Origin: Octopus bimaculoides
Taxonomy: Eukaryota
Assembly: GCF_001194135.2 (NCBI RefSeq)
Contig: NC_069003.1
Location: forward strand, 8,839,298-8,903,297
DNA: 64,000 bases
Direction: 5' to 3'
Under the pieces are notes generated by a model. That model did no database searches. It was given only the letters and a program-made list of their open reading frames with translations, and was not told the origin of the DNA. A program made the translations under genes and the position numbers. Below are positions 50,472 through 63,051 of the stretch, piece after piece. Each line of letters begins with the position of its first letter. Position 1 is the stretch's first letter.

Positions 50472-50872
50472 AAAAGAAAAAAATGAACATCACGAAATAT
50501 AACATACTTGGTAATTTAGTAAGGTTATCTCCGTAGATATTCTATAGAAATTATAGCTAGCGTTGATTTTTGCTACGACGTTTCGTATACGAGACGTGAG
50601 ATGTAAACAAACAATGAGATCGAAGATTTAAAAATAGGTAATGAGCGTATGTGCTATATTTCGTGGGGTTTTGCCCCTTCATCAGCACCCATCTAACCCA
50701 TTAATCATCCTCGAAACTATATCTAGTGGTGTGTAGTTATTGGATATACCAATTTACATATCAAAGGCATTTCTGAAACTGGTACGTATAAGAAACGGAA
50801 CCATGTGGTTGGGAAGCAAGCTTCTTACCACAGAGAAATGAGAATAAAATAAATCTAGCTGGCCCTTTTGTA

Positions 50873-51404
50873 ATAACGTTAGAAATTACATTACCTTTAC
50901 ACGTGTTTCACAAAAAAATATTCGCATGTTGTGTGCTAGTTATTAGCACACAACACACGTACACGTAGATTATTGCATTATTGCATTCAGAAAACTTGAT
51001 CTTCAGAAGAAAATCGTAATTTACGTCTATTTTATTTACCAACTTCAGATGCGTTTCTCTACCTACCTATGTGATTGTATATAACCGTGTGTGTGTCTGC
51101 ATGCAGAGGCATGTTTTTTTTTTTTTTTTGTGTCCAGAGCCGCTACTCTGATGTTTATGAATGCGTTACTTCATTTTCTGTTTCATGCTTTGATCAACAA
51201 TACAAGTTCCTCTAACTCAAAGTTCCGTTGAGGGTTATGAACATATATAATTGTATCCAAGAGCAGAATTATAACATTAGAAATTACATAAGCTTTTACA
51301 CGTGTTTCACAAGTAAACACTCATATGATGCCTTGTAATCGTTACGTAAGCGATTACATAATCACATTGAGATGCTTAATTTTCAGAAGAAAATAGTAAT
51401 TTAC
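50873..51404 (+). repeat. Diverged direct repeat (~380-400-bp period) with unit-specific hairpins
   Basis: ataacRttagaaattaca..tttacacgtgtttcacaa...ttcagaagaaaatMgtaatttac at 50873-51024 and 51271-51404. Confidence 0.75.
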
Positions 51405-51899
51405 TCCATTGTCATTTTCATTTTACTGGTTACCATCCTTATGCTGTGTTTATCCTGGGGGTATATACGTCAAACCTATCGTTGACTACTTCGACATCAC
51501 TATGTTTGTGGTGTAACTATCTCTAAATGATGACTGCAGCTGCTAGGAATAGCAGCCAAATTTCCCTCAAATTATACTCCTTATGAAAATGGTGATACAT
51601 TATCTAGTACTGGCCATCCATCGCTACGAATATAAAAATAAAGGTTAGATGGTAGCGGCTGGAGTGTCTTTAGCCATGTGTCTGATCCACTGGACCCGTC
51701 AATGTGTGAGCTAAACATCAGAAGAAACTGGTACTTATTTTTAGACCATAGAAGGAGGAAAGATGATGTGACTTCTGGGTCAGAATTTTAAACGGACGTA
51801 ACCCAAAGCGAAGCAAGAATAAGTCCTATACATAGTATCTTCACCGACTGCTACACCAAATCTTTTAAATATCCACCACCGCATATTTAATGATGGGCA

Positions 51900-52060
51900 A
51901 CATTTCTTCCGCTCATTTATTTCGCGTTCTGAGATCGACTTTCATCATTTCTAGGTTCATAAAATACGTACCAGTTAAGGACTGGGGTCGATTTAATCAA
52001 CTACTTAAATTTTCTTTAAATTTGCTGGCCTTGTGTCAAAAATTAAAAAGAATTATATTT
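51900..52060 (+). mobile_element. SINE family D (diverged, internally deleted)
   Basis: gcgttctgagatcgactttc..gtaccagttaaggactggggtcgatttaatc..gctggccttgtgtc. Confidence 0.65.
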
Positions 52061-53143
52061 GTGATATATTAGTTCCTTGTTTCGTTTTCTCGTTTTATTT
52101 TTTTAATCTTTTTGAAAGTGTTTCTAGTTAAACCTAATTTAGTATGTTCTCGTCACAACTTGCAATCCAATAATTCTCAACCTTTAATTCTCAAACAATT
52201 AGTAATTCAATTTCAAAAGACTAGCTAAACAATCAACTATTGATTGCTTTCGACGTTCATCAAAAAACAAAATTAGAAAAAAAAAAAAAAAAATTTCGTT
52301 TTTCGTTTCGTCTTTCCAATGCTTGATTTCTTTGAAACTCCTGACACTTTTGCTCCGCTATTCAGGCAAATTAATTTTACAAGTTCCATTGCTATTAAAA
52401 CGTTGATCTTTTCTTTTTTTNNNNNNNNNNNNNNNNNNNNNNNNNNNNNNNNNNNNNNNNNNNNNNNNNNNNNNNNNNNNNNNNNNNNNNNNNNNNNNNN
52501 NNNNNNNNNNNNNNNNNNNNNNNNNNNNNNNNNNNNNNNNNNNNNNNNNNNNNNNNNNNNNNNNNNNNNNNNNNNNNNNNNNNNNNNNNNNNNNNNNNNN
52601 NNNNNNNNNNNNNNNNNNNNNNNNNNNNNNNNNNNNNNNNNNNNNNNNNNNNNNNNNNNNNNNNNNNNNNNNNNNNNNNNNNNNNNNNNNNNNNNNNNNN
52701 NNNNNNNNNNNNNNNNNNNNNNNNNNNNNNNNNNNNNNNNNNNNNNNNNNNNNNNNNNNNNNNNNNNNNNNNNNNNNNNNNNNNNNNNNNNNNNNNNNNN
52801 NNNNNNNNNNNNNNNNNNNNNNNNNNNNNNNNNNNNNNNNNNNNNNNNNNNNNNNNNNNNNNNNNNNNNNNNNNNNNNNNNNNNNNNNNNNNNNNNNNNN
52901 NNNNNNNNNNNNNNNNNNNNNNNNNNNNNNNNNNNNNNNNNNNNNNNNNNNNNNNNNNNNNNNNNNNNNNNNNNNNNNNNNNNNNNNNNNNNNNNNNNNN
53001 NNNNNNNNNNNNNNNNNNNNNNNNNNNNNNNNNNNNNNNNNNNNNNNNNNNNNNNNNNNNNNNNNNNNNNNNNNNNNNNNNNNNNNNNNNNNNNNNNNNN
53101 NNNNNNNNNNNNNNNNNNNNNNNNNNNNNNNNNNNNNNNNNNN

Positions 53144-53174
<31 letters not shown>

Positions 53175-53178
<4 letters not shown>

Positions 53179-53340
53179 CGGGCTTCTTTCAGTTTCCGTC
53201 CACCAAATACACTCACAAGGCTTTGGTCGGCCCGAGGCTAGAGTAGAAGACATTTTCCCAAGGTACCACGCAGTGGGACTGAACCCGGAACCATGTGGTT
53301 GGTAAGCAAGCTACTTACCACGCAGCCACTCCTGCGCCTA
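53175..53340 (-). mobile_element. SINE family B head (young-looking); spacer and tail lost in the N-gap
   Basis: gacgggcttctttcagtttccgtc...cgcagtgggactgaacccggaaccatgtggttggtaagcaagctacttaccacgcagccactcctgcgcc. Confidence 0.9.
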
Positions 53341-55019
53341 ATATATCGACATTTTAAGCTAATTAGGATGTTACTTGATTAGCTGGAAACAGCAGCCAAA
53401 TCACACTCAATCTTCATCAGACAAGAAGTACACATTACACAATGTAGTCCTACTAGATTAACCGGTCCAGGTTTATAATCTTGTGTTAAACAACAGTGAC
53501 AGTAACTGCATTATGTCTGTACGGCATAACGCTTTCTAGATAAATAAATAACAACCAGTCGTCCCGTCATCTGCATGAAAACCAAAGCCACGCTGTTCAA
53601 TGTGTCCTTATTTTAAGACCACAGAATTTCACTCGAAGGAGATTTGGCTGCTATTTAAAGATTGTCGAATGACCACGTAGAGACTCTTGCTTTGCCCTCT
53701 GCATCTAATGTTGTTCGACACTGAAGACAAAAAGCAGTAACTAACGTTAGTGTAAGACGAAATCACGATTTTTGACTACTTAGAATGGTATTTCCTTGTT
53801 GCGGAATTTGCCAGAAAGCATTCTTATATTTCTCTTTTGTATTTACTCATATGTTATCGAACAAAAAATAAGCCCCGAGCAAATTGATGGCTGCCAGGTA
53901 GTTTGGATCCTTAGTTAAAACAATAGATATTTNNNNNNNNNNNNNNNNNNNNNNNNNNNNNNNNNNNNNNNNNNNNNNNNNNNNNNNNNNNNNNNNNNNN
54001 NNNNNNNNNNNNNNNNNNNNNNNNNNNNNNNNNNNNNNNNNNNNNNNNNNNNNNNNNNNNNNNNNNNNNNNNNNNNNNNNNNNNNNNNNNNNNNNNNNNN
54101 NNNNNNNNNNNNNNNNNNNNNNNNNNNNNNNNNNNNNNNNNNNNNNNNNNNNNNNNNNNNNNNNNNNNNNNNNNNNNNNNNNNNNNNNNNNNNNNNNNNN
54201 NNNNNNNNNNNNNNNNNNNNNNNNNNNNNNNNNNNNNNNNNNNNNNNNNNNNNNNNNNNNNNNNNNNNNNNNNNNNNNNNNNNNNNNNNNNNNNNNNNNN
54301 NNNNNNNNNNNNNNNNNNNNNNNNNNNNNNNNNNNNNNNNNNNNNNNNNNNNNNNNNNNNNNNNNNNNNNNNNNNNNNNNNNNNNNNNNNNNNNNNNNNN
54401 NNNNNNNNNNNNNNNNNNNNNNNNNNNTTTAAAATTCTTCAGATGATTTTTCTGATGAAGTAAAAAGAAAAAGAGCATCACCACCATTTTCTTGATCGTT
54501 TACGGCCGAACGCAAAGTGCACGGTAGCACGCCATATTACAATCGTTTCATTCTTAGAATGAAGCTTTGAGATTGCTTCAAATGAGAGAAAGAAAGAGAA
54601 AAGAGACAAAGAGAAAGAAAAAAGTGAGAAAGTGAAAGATAGGAGAGTAGGGATGGTTGTTAATTTCAAAGAGTTTATCAGTTTCTCCTAGAATTCCTTG
54701 GAATTCTTCCCGTGGTCTTACGCTGGAAGGCTCCTATAAAAACATCAACACTTCTATGATTCTTCGTGACACAATACAAAGCACGCTAACAAAGTGTGTC
54801 TTGCTATCATTCTTTCACTCTTAGGATGAGGTCTGAAATGGTTTCGTAACGTTGATGGACTAAAGGGTTTAGACAGGCTAATGCTTCTAAATCACATTAA
54901 ACGATTAATACAGATATGTCGAAAAATCAGTAAAGGAAAGGATTTCTTAGAAGGTATGGACATTTTTGAGCTGAAAATATAACTAGATGCAAGAGAAATA
55001 TACGAGCAAGAGATATACA

Positions 55020-55400
55020 TGGGTGCAGGCGTGGTTCTGTAATAAGACGCTTGCTTCCCAACCGCATAATTCTGGGTTCATTCCCACTGCGTAGCACCAT
55101 GGGCAAGTGTCTTCTACTATAGCCTCGGGCTGACCAAAGATTTGCGAGTGAACCTTGTAGACAGAAACTGAAAGAATCCCATCATATGTGTATGTGCCTT
55201 TGTATCTGTGTTTGTGGCTCCCCACCGCTTGACAAACGATGTTGGTGTGCTTATGTCTGCGTAACTTAACAGTTCGGCAAATGGATTTAAATAGAATGAG
55301 TACTAGGCTTCAGAAAAGTAAGCAATGGTGTCGATTTGTTCGATTAAAACACCAGAATGGCCGCTGTCAAATGACTGAAACAAGTAAAACAAAAAGATAT
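55020..55400 (+). mobile_element. SINE family B, full length
   Basis: Head, short spacer and tail ending gtcaaatgactgaaacaagtaaaa. Confidence 0.85.
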
Positions 55401-57110
55401 AAGAAACAAAATCATTCAACGAAGTGTTTGCACTCCAGTATCTACCGTATATAAAATACAACGTCCATACGTGTGAGTATATGTACGTATGCATGTATGT
55501 ATATAGAAACACACAAACTCACACAAGCACACACATAAACAGGCACGCGCGCCCACTCATACGCACGCACACACATAGAAGCACGTTTGTATGATTTTGA
55601 TGATAGGATAGTCAAAGAAACGGGAAGCAAAAAATAACGTTTCCCGCTAGAAAACCCATTACTAAAACGGATCGGTTATTAGATAGAAAGGTATTAAAAT
55701 CTGTCGATATGTAAATATGGGTGTGGCATAGTGAAGGAAAAAGAAGATTATTTAGGAGATATGGAAATTTTGAGCTGTAAAAAGAACGAGGCATTGGAGA
55801 AATATATGTATGCGCATGAGATATTCATGCATACATATATGCATACATACACATGTGGACAGACAGACAGACAGACAGATAAGCAGACCATAGTTAAGCG
55901 TTTTCTTGTAATCCACAATAAGAAATCAAGAAGACAGATATTGGTGTTGTCTTTTTACATCTCTTCTCTGTGGATGCGGGAGTCGAAACATCTGGCCATG
56001 TTGTAAGAAGGCAATGAGCAGTGAGAATAATATGCATGCATGTGTGTTTGCATATACAAAAGTATGCACGTATGAATATGCAATTACATTATAAAGATAC
56101 ATACACACACATATACATGCATCATGCAATTTTTATATATTACAATCATTCCGGATTTCATACATTCTCTGTAAAAATTATGGATATAATATTTCAGTTC
56201 TATTTTCGCTTCTAACTATTCATTACATTATTTTTTGTTGTTTGTATATATAGTTTTTTTAAATTTTACTTTGGCTTAAACCACGATCTTTTCAGCAGCA
56301 GAAAATTTAATATTTATTTTCTCTAATCAACGCGATATGTTCTTGTTGCAGCCGCTAAAAGAAGCTACTGTCATGATGATTACATCCCATTTTAATTTCA
56401 AGTGATATTAATTTTCACGAACGCAAACTAATTTATACATATATACATACATACATACATACATACATATATGTATCGCTCTATACATATATATTCATTA
56501 CGAAAAAGATACGGTACAAGAGATATCAATAAGAACATTTTTATTTACCGTTTTCTTCTTTCACCACAAATCATTCATTTTGTTTCACAAGCTACATCAC
56601 AGCAGGCCATTCTTGAAATTAATGCATTGGACTTTTTTTTTTTTCCAACTGACTTCCAGAAAGATATATTTCAGAAGAATTCTCGCCAAGAAATCTTTCC
56701 AACTCTTCCATTTCTCTTTCCATTGTTTTCTCTCGTTATCTCTCCACGTATTCTTCTTGCTTTTTCCCTCTTTCACTCTATTTTTCAGTCTCCATTTCTA
56801 CTCTATCACTCTTCTCTCTTTCCCCTCTCTGTTTCTCTTCTCTCTCATTATTCTCTTTCTTGTTGTGTTGTGTGTCATCAATTTAGATAATTAAACTATT
56901 CTTTAAAATGATATGAATTTTAAGAAAATTACCGAATAAAGCAACGAGAAAGAATCGTAAAAATAGTTAGATGGAATTTTCGATTTATTGTATTGTCAAG
57001 TTAATAATATCAATCCCTTTTAACGAATATATACGCATATATACATACACAAATATAACTACCTGTACATACGCCTCACACACATATATGTAAATATGTA
57101 TGCATATACA

Positions 57111-57151
<41 letters not shown>

Positions 57152-57544
57152 AATGCTGTTCTGTTTTTCTCCTTTGCTCGTAGATTTCTGTTCGTATTTA
57201 TTTTTACCTCTGTTTCCTTTCATTCTCATTTCAATTATCCCTATTGTTATTAGCTGTTTATCAACGGCACTCACAGACCAAACAACTGGAACATAATTCC
57301 GAGCAATCTCAGAATGCAATCTCGGGACGACGACCAGCTTTCAATAATCATTCATTTTCATTTTCAATTTCGAAAAGAAGCCGCATAAACATACACAGAA
57401 GCAGTAATATTTCCAGTTGTAATGGTTTTAATTATTTAATGCCAGTATCTTGACGTTACAAGTTCAAATCCAACTACGGGTCCCTCTGTCTTTTGTACAC
57501 GAGTTTTTTTTTTACAGCTTTTTTTAATCAATAAAACTACATGT

Positions 57545-57625
57545 TACCTTGGCATTCCGTCGGTTACCACTTTGAGGGTTCCGATTAATCCAATGAACGG
57601 AACGGCCGGCTCGCGAAATTAACAC
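57545..57625 (-). mobile_element. SINE family A/G 3' tail fragment
   Basis: Minus strand gttaatttcgcgagccggccgttccgttcattggattaatcggaacc..accgacggaatgccaa. Confidence 0.65.
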
Positions 57626-57717
57626 ACACATGCGCGCGCGCATACATACATACATGCATTTTTACTACAATTCACCATGTGAGGAGAAAATCTGTTCAAT
57701 GAAACTCTTCACTAAAT

Positions 57718-57770
<53 letters not shown>

Positions 57771-58049
57771 GGATAAAAATCCAAATTTACAGGTAAAAAC
57801 TTAATTAAATTAAGTTTCACTGTAAAATATATAATTTTAGAGAAAGGAATCAAAGTTCATGAACTCATCCATGAAAATCCAGAGTCACATATAGAAAAAA
57901 TAAGTAAATGTACGATAAATAAGTATAAAAGAATACAAAGTAAAAATCAAACGATAATGATAGGCACACACAAATGCATGCAAACACGTGTGTGGGGCAA
58001 ACACCTAAACACACGGGCACACATAAATATGTACATAAATATACATAAG

Positions 58050-58207
58050 CGACGGGATTCTTTCCGTTCCCGTCTACCAAATTCACCACAAGGCTTTGGT
58101 CGACCCGAGGCAATCGTAAAAGACACTTACCCGAAGTTCTACGCAGTAGGACTGAACCCGGGACCATATGTTTAGGAAGCAAGCTTCTTCCCACACAGCC
58201 ACGCCTA
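58050..58207 (-). mobile_element. SINE family B head
   Basis: gacgggattctttccg..caaggctttggtcgacccgagg..ggactgaacccgg..cacacagccacgcc. Confidence 0.8.
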
Positions 58208-58220
58208 TACGTTTATAATA

Positions 58221-58251
58221 TACTAGCAGCTAAGTCCGGTTTCACCCGGTC
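58221..58251 (+). mobile_element. Possible Helitron/Helentron-derived non-autonomous element terminus
   Basis: tactagcagctaagtccggtttcacccggtc resembles the TACTAG..CCGG-TTCG-CCCGG terminus of HINE/Lep1-type elements; the other end is not visible (gap). Confidence 0.35.
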
Positions 58252-59289
58252 AGAGAACGACATGAAGAGAGAAACGAATACATAAAAAAGTGGAAGAAGT
58301 GGATACGAAGTAGTGTTTGGCTGACGGACCTTGGTAGGAAAAAAAAAATAAAGAATGTCATGGTGAGTTAGTAAGGAGAGCGAAGCAAGACTGGACTTAC
58401 GTGGGCTGGCAGGACNNNNNNNNNNNNNNNNNNNNNNNNNNNNNNNNNNNNNNNNNNNNNNNNNNNNNNNNNNNNNNNNNNNNNNNNNNNNNNNNNNNNN
58501 NNNNNNNNNNNNNNNNNNNNNNNNNNNNNNNNNNNNNNNNNNNNNNNNNNNNNNNNNNNNNNNNNNNNNNNNNNNNNNNNNNNNNNNNNNNNNNNNNNNN
58601 NNNNNNNNNNNNNNNNNNNNNNNNNNNNNNNNNNNNNNNNNNNNNNNNNNNNNNNNNNNNNNNNNNNNNNNNNNNNNNNNTAATACGTATCAAAAATTTT
58701 TTTTCTAAAAACGTTCAATGACGTTAACTGGAGTGTGGGGTTCGAGTAGACCACATTCCACCTTTTGATGTATCATTACCATTCTTTTCGTTCGATTTTA
58801 TTTTTCTCTCACTTCTGTGTTTCTTCTGTACTTGTGTTGTTTCCTCTGTGTTTCGACCCTGTGTGGTTAATAAAAAAATTAAGTCGTCAGGTATGTATAT
58901 GTATGTGTAGATGTGTATGCGTGTGTTTAATGACGTACCGTATATAGTATGTCTGTACTTTTGTATGCAGTATAAATTAAGGAAATAGAAGCACTTGTAC
59001 AGAGAGACAAAGCATTTTATATTTTACCTGCCAACTTTGCATCTGCAGCGACAATTATTAATCAGTAATGGAACAGTTCGCTACCAATGGTCATCTATAG
59101 ATATTAAAGCTCCGTATAATGGATTGTTTCTGCGATTGTTGTATTGCAGCAATCTGGAAAATGTACGAAATGTGAAAACGACAAGAAGCAAATATATTAA
59201 AGAAAGGAATCGCTGCAGAGAAAATAAAATAACCAAAAAGTGTCAACAATAGGCTAAGGTATGGTTGTGTCAACAATGAGTGTTAACAA

Positions 59290-60355
59290 TAGGCTATGGT
59301 ATGGCTTCGCAATAACGAGATTTTGGGTTCAGCCCCACCGCGCGGTGTCTTGGGGCAAATGTTTTCTGCCTTAAGATCGCACGTCGACAAATGCCTTGTG
59401 AATGAATTTGGTAAGCGGAAACTGTGTGGGAGGCCTTGTATATAGGCACAGGTATGGATTTAGGTGATGGCAAGGTCGTATGGTTACGAAACTCGCTTTG
59501 CAATCACGTGATCTTGGCCTCACATCGAGCAAGTGTCTTTTACTATAGCCACCGGCCGTCTAATGACTTCTGAATGAATTTGATTGAGGAAAAACTGTGT
59601 GGCAGCCTTATGTGTGTGTATGCGTGTGTGCGTGTGTGTGTATGTGTGTGTGTGTCTGTGTGTGTGTTTCTTTGTGTATTTCCTTCTGACGTCGCTTCAA
59701 AACCAGTTGTTGATTTCCTACAGAGCAGATCGGCAGAAGAAATCGATAGATTTTTTAAAAATCTGTGTGCCTATCTGTGCGTGTGAGTGTGTGCTTGTGT
59801 TTGTGTGCACGTGTGTGTGTGCGCGCGTATGCATATGTATGTGTGTGATTGTGTGTGTGTGTGCTTATGTGTGTGTGTGTGTGTGTATGTGTGTGTGCGC
59901 ATGTATGTATATGTTTTTGCTTGTGTGTGCTTGTGTGTGTGTTTGTGTGTGCATGCGTACGTGTGTGTGCGTACGCATGTGTGTACTTGTGTGTGTGCGT
60001 GCGTGTGTGTGCGTGTGTGTATATGCGGGTGTGCGTGTGTGTATATGCGTGTGTGGGTGTGTGCGTGTGAGCCTGTGTGTGCGTGTATGTGCATGTGTGT
60101 GCGTGTGTGCGTGTGTGTGTGCTTGCGTGTGTTTGTGTAAGCGCTTGTCTGCTTGTCTTCGAGCTTTGCCCCCCCCCACACCAGGTGCTGCTTCCTTTAC
60201 GTGTTTCTAACTTAACAGTCTGACAAACGAAAACCAATAGAATAAATACGAGGCTTTCAAAACATCTCCTGGCATCGATGTCTTTGTCTAAAACCTGTCA
60301 AGGCAGTGCCCCAGCGTGGCCGCAGTCCGGATGACTAAAGCAAGTAAAATAATAT
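59290..60355 (+). mobile_element. Nested SINE family B pair with expanded (GT)n spacer
   Basis: Order head1 (59290-59440), head2 (59465-59610), short spacer, partial tail (59681-59752), ~380-bp degenerate GT (59763-60140), full tail (60168-60350). Confidence 0.7.
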
Positions 60356-61429
60356 AAGATATAAAAAAAATATGAACAGAAATACACACAAGTTGCTTTC
60401 CATATTGTTTTCCCTCTTTCTTCTTTGCTTTGCTTTTCTNNNNNNNNNNNNNNNNNNNNNNNNNNNNNNNNNNNNNNNNNNNNNNNNNNNNNNNNNNNNN
60501 NNNNNNNNNNNNNNNNNNNNNNNNNNNNNNNNNNNNNNNNNNNNNNNNNNNNNNNNNNNNNNNNNNNNNNNNNNNNNNNNNNNNNNNNNNNNNNNNNNNN
60601 NNNNNNNNNNNNNNNNNNNNNNNNNNNNNNNNNNNNNNNNNNNNNNNNNNNNNNNNNNNNNNNNNNNNNNNNNNNNNNNNNNNNNNNNNNNNNNNNNNNN
60701 NNNNNNNNNNNNNNNNNNNNNNNNNNNNNNNNNNNNNNNNNNNNNNNNNNNNNNNNNNNNNNNNNNNNNNNNNNNNNNNNNNNNNNNNNNNNNNNNNNNN
60801 NNNNNNNNNNNNNNNNNNNNNNNNNNNNNNNNNNNNNNNNNNNNNNNNNNNNNNNNNNNNNNNNNNNNNNNNNNNNNNNNNNNNNNNNNNNNNNNNNNNN
60901 NNNNNNNNNNNNNNNNNNNNNNNNNNNNNNNNNNNNNNNNNNNNNNNNNNNNNNNNNNNNNNNNNNNNNNNNNNNNNNNNNNNNNNNNNNNNNNNNNNNN
61001 NNNNNNNNNNNNNNNNNNNNNNNNNNNNNNNNTCCAGGATGGTTTAGAAGCGAATATTCAATTAAATGTGAATGACTTGGCCTTTCTGTTGAAGGTCAAA
61101 TGTGCGAAGTGAATTTTAAAACTTCTCTTCTTGGATTGCTTTAAAGATGTCCTCCGTTACGAATTTTTTTTTTTTTTTTCACGACGGTCTTTCGAAACTA
61201 TCATGACGTTATGTTGATCGCTTGCTAACACAGGCAAAAGGCAGACACGTTTGACAGTAAGGAATAATTGATTAAATCGATTTCATTTCGTGTCTGATAT
61301 ACATGTATTATCGATCTTGGAATGTTCAACATCCATACAGGCCATGGCAGCATCTGAACTCAGGACGTTATACGCTGTAACTGAACACAGTTAAGCAATT
61401 AATCAGACTTTATTATTGTCAATCCACTG

Positions 61430-62400
61430 CCCTAATCATAGCACAAAGCTAACAATTTTGAAAGGGGAGATTTAATGGAGATGCATAGATCATAGTATTT
61501 TACTGGTACTTTATTTTATCAGCCCGTAAGGGTGAAATACAAAGCTGAACTCGACGGGATTTGAACTCAGAATGTAAGGAACTCTAACAAGTACTGCAAG
61601 GCATTTTTTTCTGCCGTCCTGACGCTTCCGCAAAACTATTTCACTTGACCGTGGTGCAACATAGGTCTTAATTTAAGATATAGAGTCAACAATTTAGAGG
61701 TGAAGCGTTAGCTGGTTATATCGACTCCAGTACATGACTGGTGCTTTATTTTATCGACCCTGGGAGGATAAAAATCAAAGATTACCTCAGCCGGATTTGA
61801 ATTCAGGATGTAGAGAGTCCTAACAAGTATTTGTTTCTAGCAAAAGTACAAGACCAAAAGTTCTGAGAAGACGGAATCAGTCGATTCCATCGCCTTCAGA
61901 TCGGTGAGGCAAAGATGTAATTCTGAGTCTTAAAATTGAACTTAACATATCTGAAAGTATATAAGACATACTTTTTTCAAAAACAGTGTCTCTGAATCCT
62001 ATATGCGAAGGTAGATATCCTATAAGCTAAATTTATCCCCGACGCTCACTACTATAGGCTAATTTTAATCCAGACGCCCGCCAGTATCAGCTGATTCGTT
62101 ACAACTAAATACAATAATGCTTTCTGCCACAGAAAAGGTATTTTAGTAATACTCTGTAATATACTGCTAGGCTGCTTAAAATATTGGTTTCAAATTGCTG
62201 GCCTTGTGCCAGCAATTTCGTGGAGAGGGCAGCGTCGATTACATCGATCCCAGTGCTCAACTGGTACTTAGTTTATCGACCTCGAAAGGATGAAAGGCAA
62301 AATCGACCTCGGCAGAATTTAAACTCAGAACGTAAAGATGGACGGAACGCCGCTAAGCATTTCTCTCGGCGTGTTAACGATTCTACCAGCTCGCTGCTTT
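61430..62400 (-). mobile_element. Three same-orientation SINE family D copies (~61430-61640, ~61675-61850, ~62175-62400)
   Basis: actggtactt..atcgacc..gaaagg..ggatttgaactcagaa motifs repeated three times. Confidence 0.8.
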
Positions 62401-62414
62401 TGAGCGATACTGGT

Positions 62415-62960
62415 AACATGTAACCTAGTACAACCTGTCACATGGTCGGGTCGTCGGCAACTAAACTGGCAACCCCATTAAGCTTGCTTGGTGAGGTGGG
62501 TGTTTATTGGACACTGTGCGGGATGAAAAATAAGACCCGTCAAAGGGCGGAAGAACTACTGTGTAGTCAATGGCCAATTCAACAAATACCTTGTTGTGGT
62601 GAAGTGCCTGTGTGGTACATTGACCCGGAGAGCTATGCTAGAGGGAGAGAAATCTTCAGGCAGGTATTACCAGGCCAGACAGGTCGAAGGGTAGGAGACA
62701 CACAAAACCTTAGCGAAAATAACTCGAAGCGTCGGGCAGCAGGGCGATTTAGTTATCGGCAGGACCTAACAGATCAGATTCCTGGCTTTGAACTAGCAGG
62801 ATGTCATGCAGAGAATCTTGAATACAAGACAATAGATGAGACCCTAATATTTCTAGTTAGATGGAAACTGCGGGACCACATGGAGCAGCGCCCTGTGACT
62901 CCTATAATATGCGCAACCGAAACCCCTGTGGAGGTGTCCTATGGAACGTCCTAGATGAGA
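62415..62960 (+). mobile_element. GC-richer repeat block, possibly the 5' region of an RTE-type LINE
   Basis: Composition shift, ctggcaacccc motif, and WNV (ctatggaacgtc, ~62939) reminiscent of the endonuclease-start GTWNV; assignment is inference. Confidence 0.35.
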
Positions 62961-63000
62961 TAATGCGTAAAAAACATTTTTCTTCAATATGCGCTGCTGA

Positions 63001-63051
63001 AATTAGAGTGCGTCTTTTATGTCCGTGCGCCTTTTATGTCATCGAATACGG
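63001..63051 (-). mobile_element. One terminus of a Tc2/pogo-like MITE
   Basis: Two 16-bp subterminal repeats gtgcgYcttttatgtc (63008-63023, 63025-63040) followed by aatacgg (ccgtatt terminus on minus strand); no TA or partner TIR seen. Confidence 0.4.

Noticed and set aside
59584-60237. Cys/Val- and His/Thr-rich ORFs up to 208 aa
   Set aside because: Degenerate (GT)n spacer of a SINE
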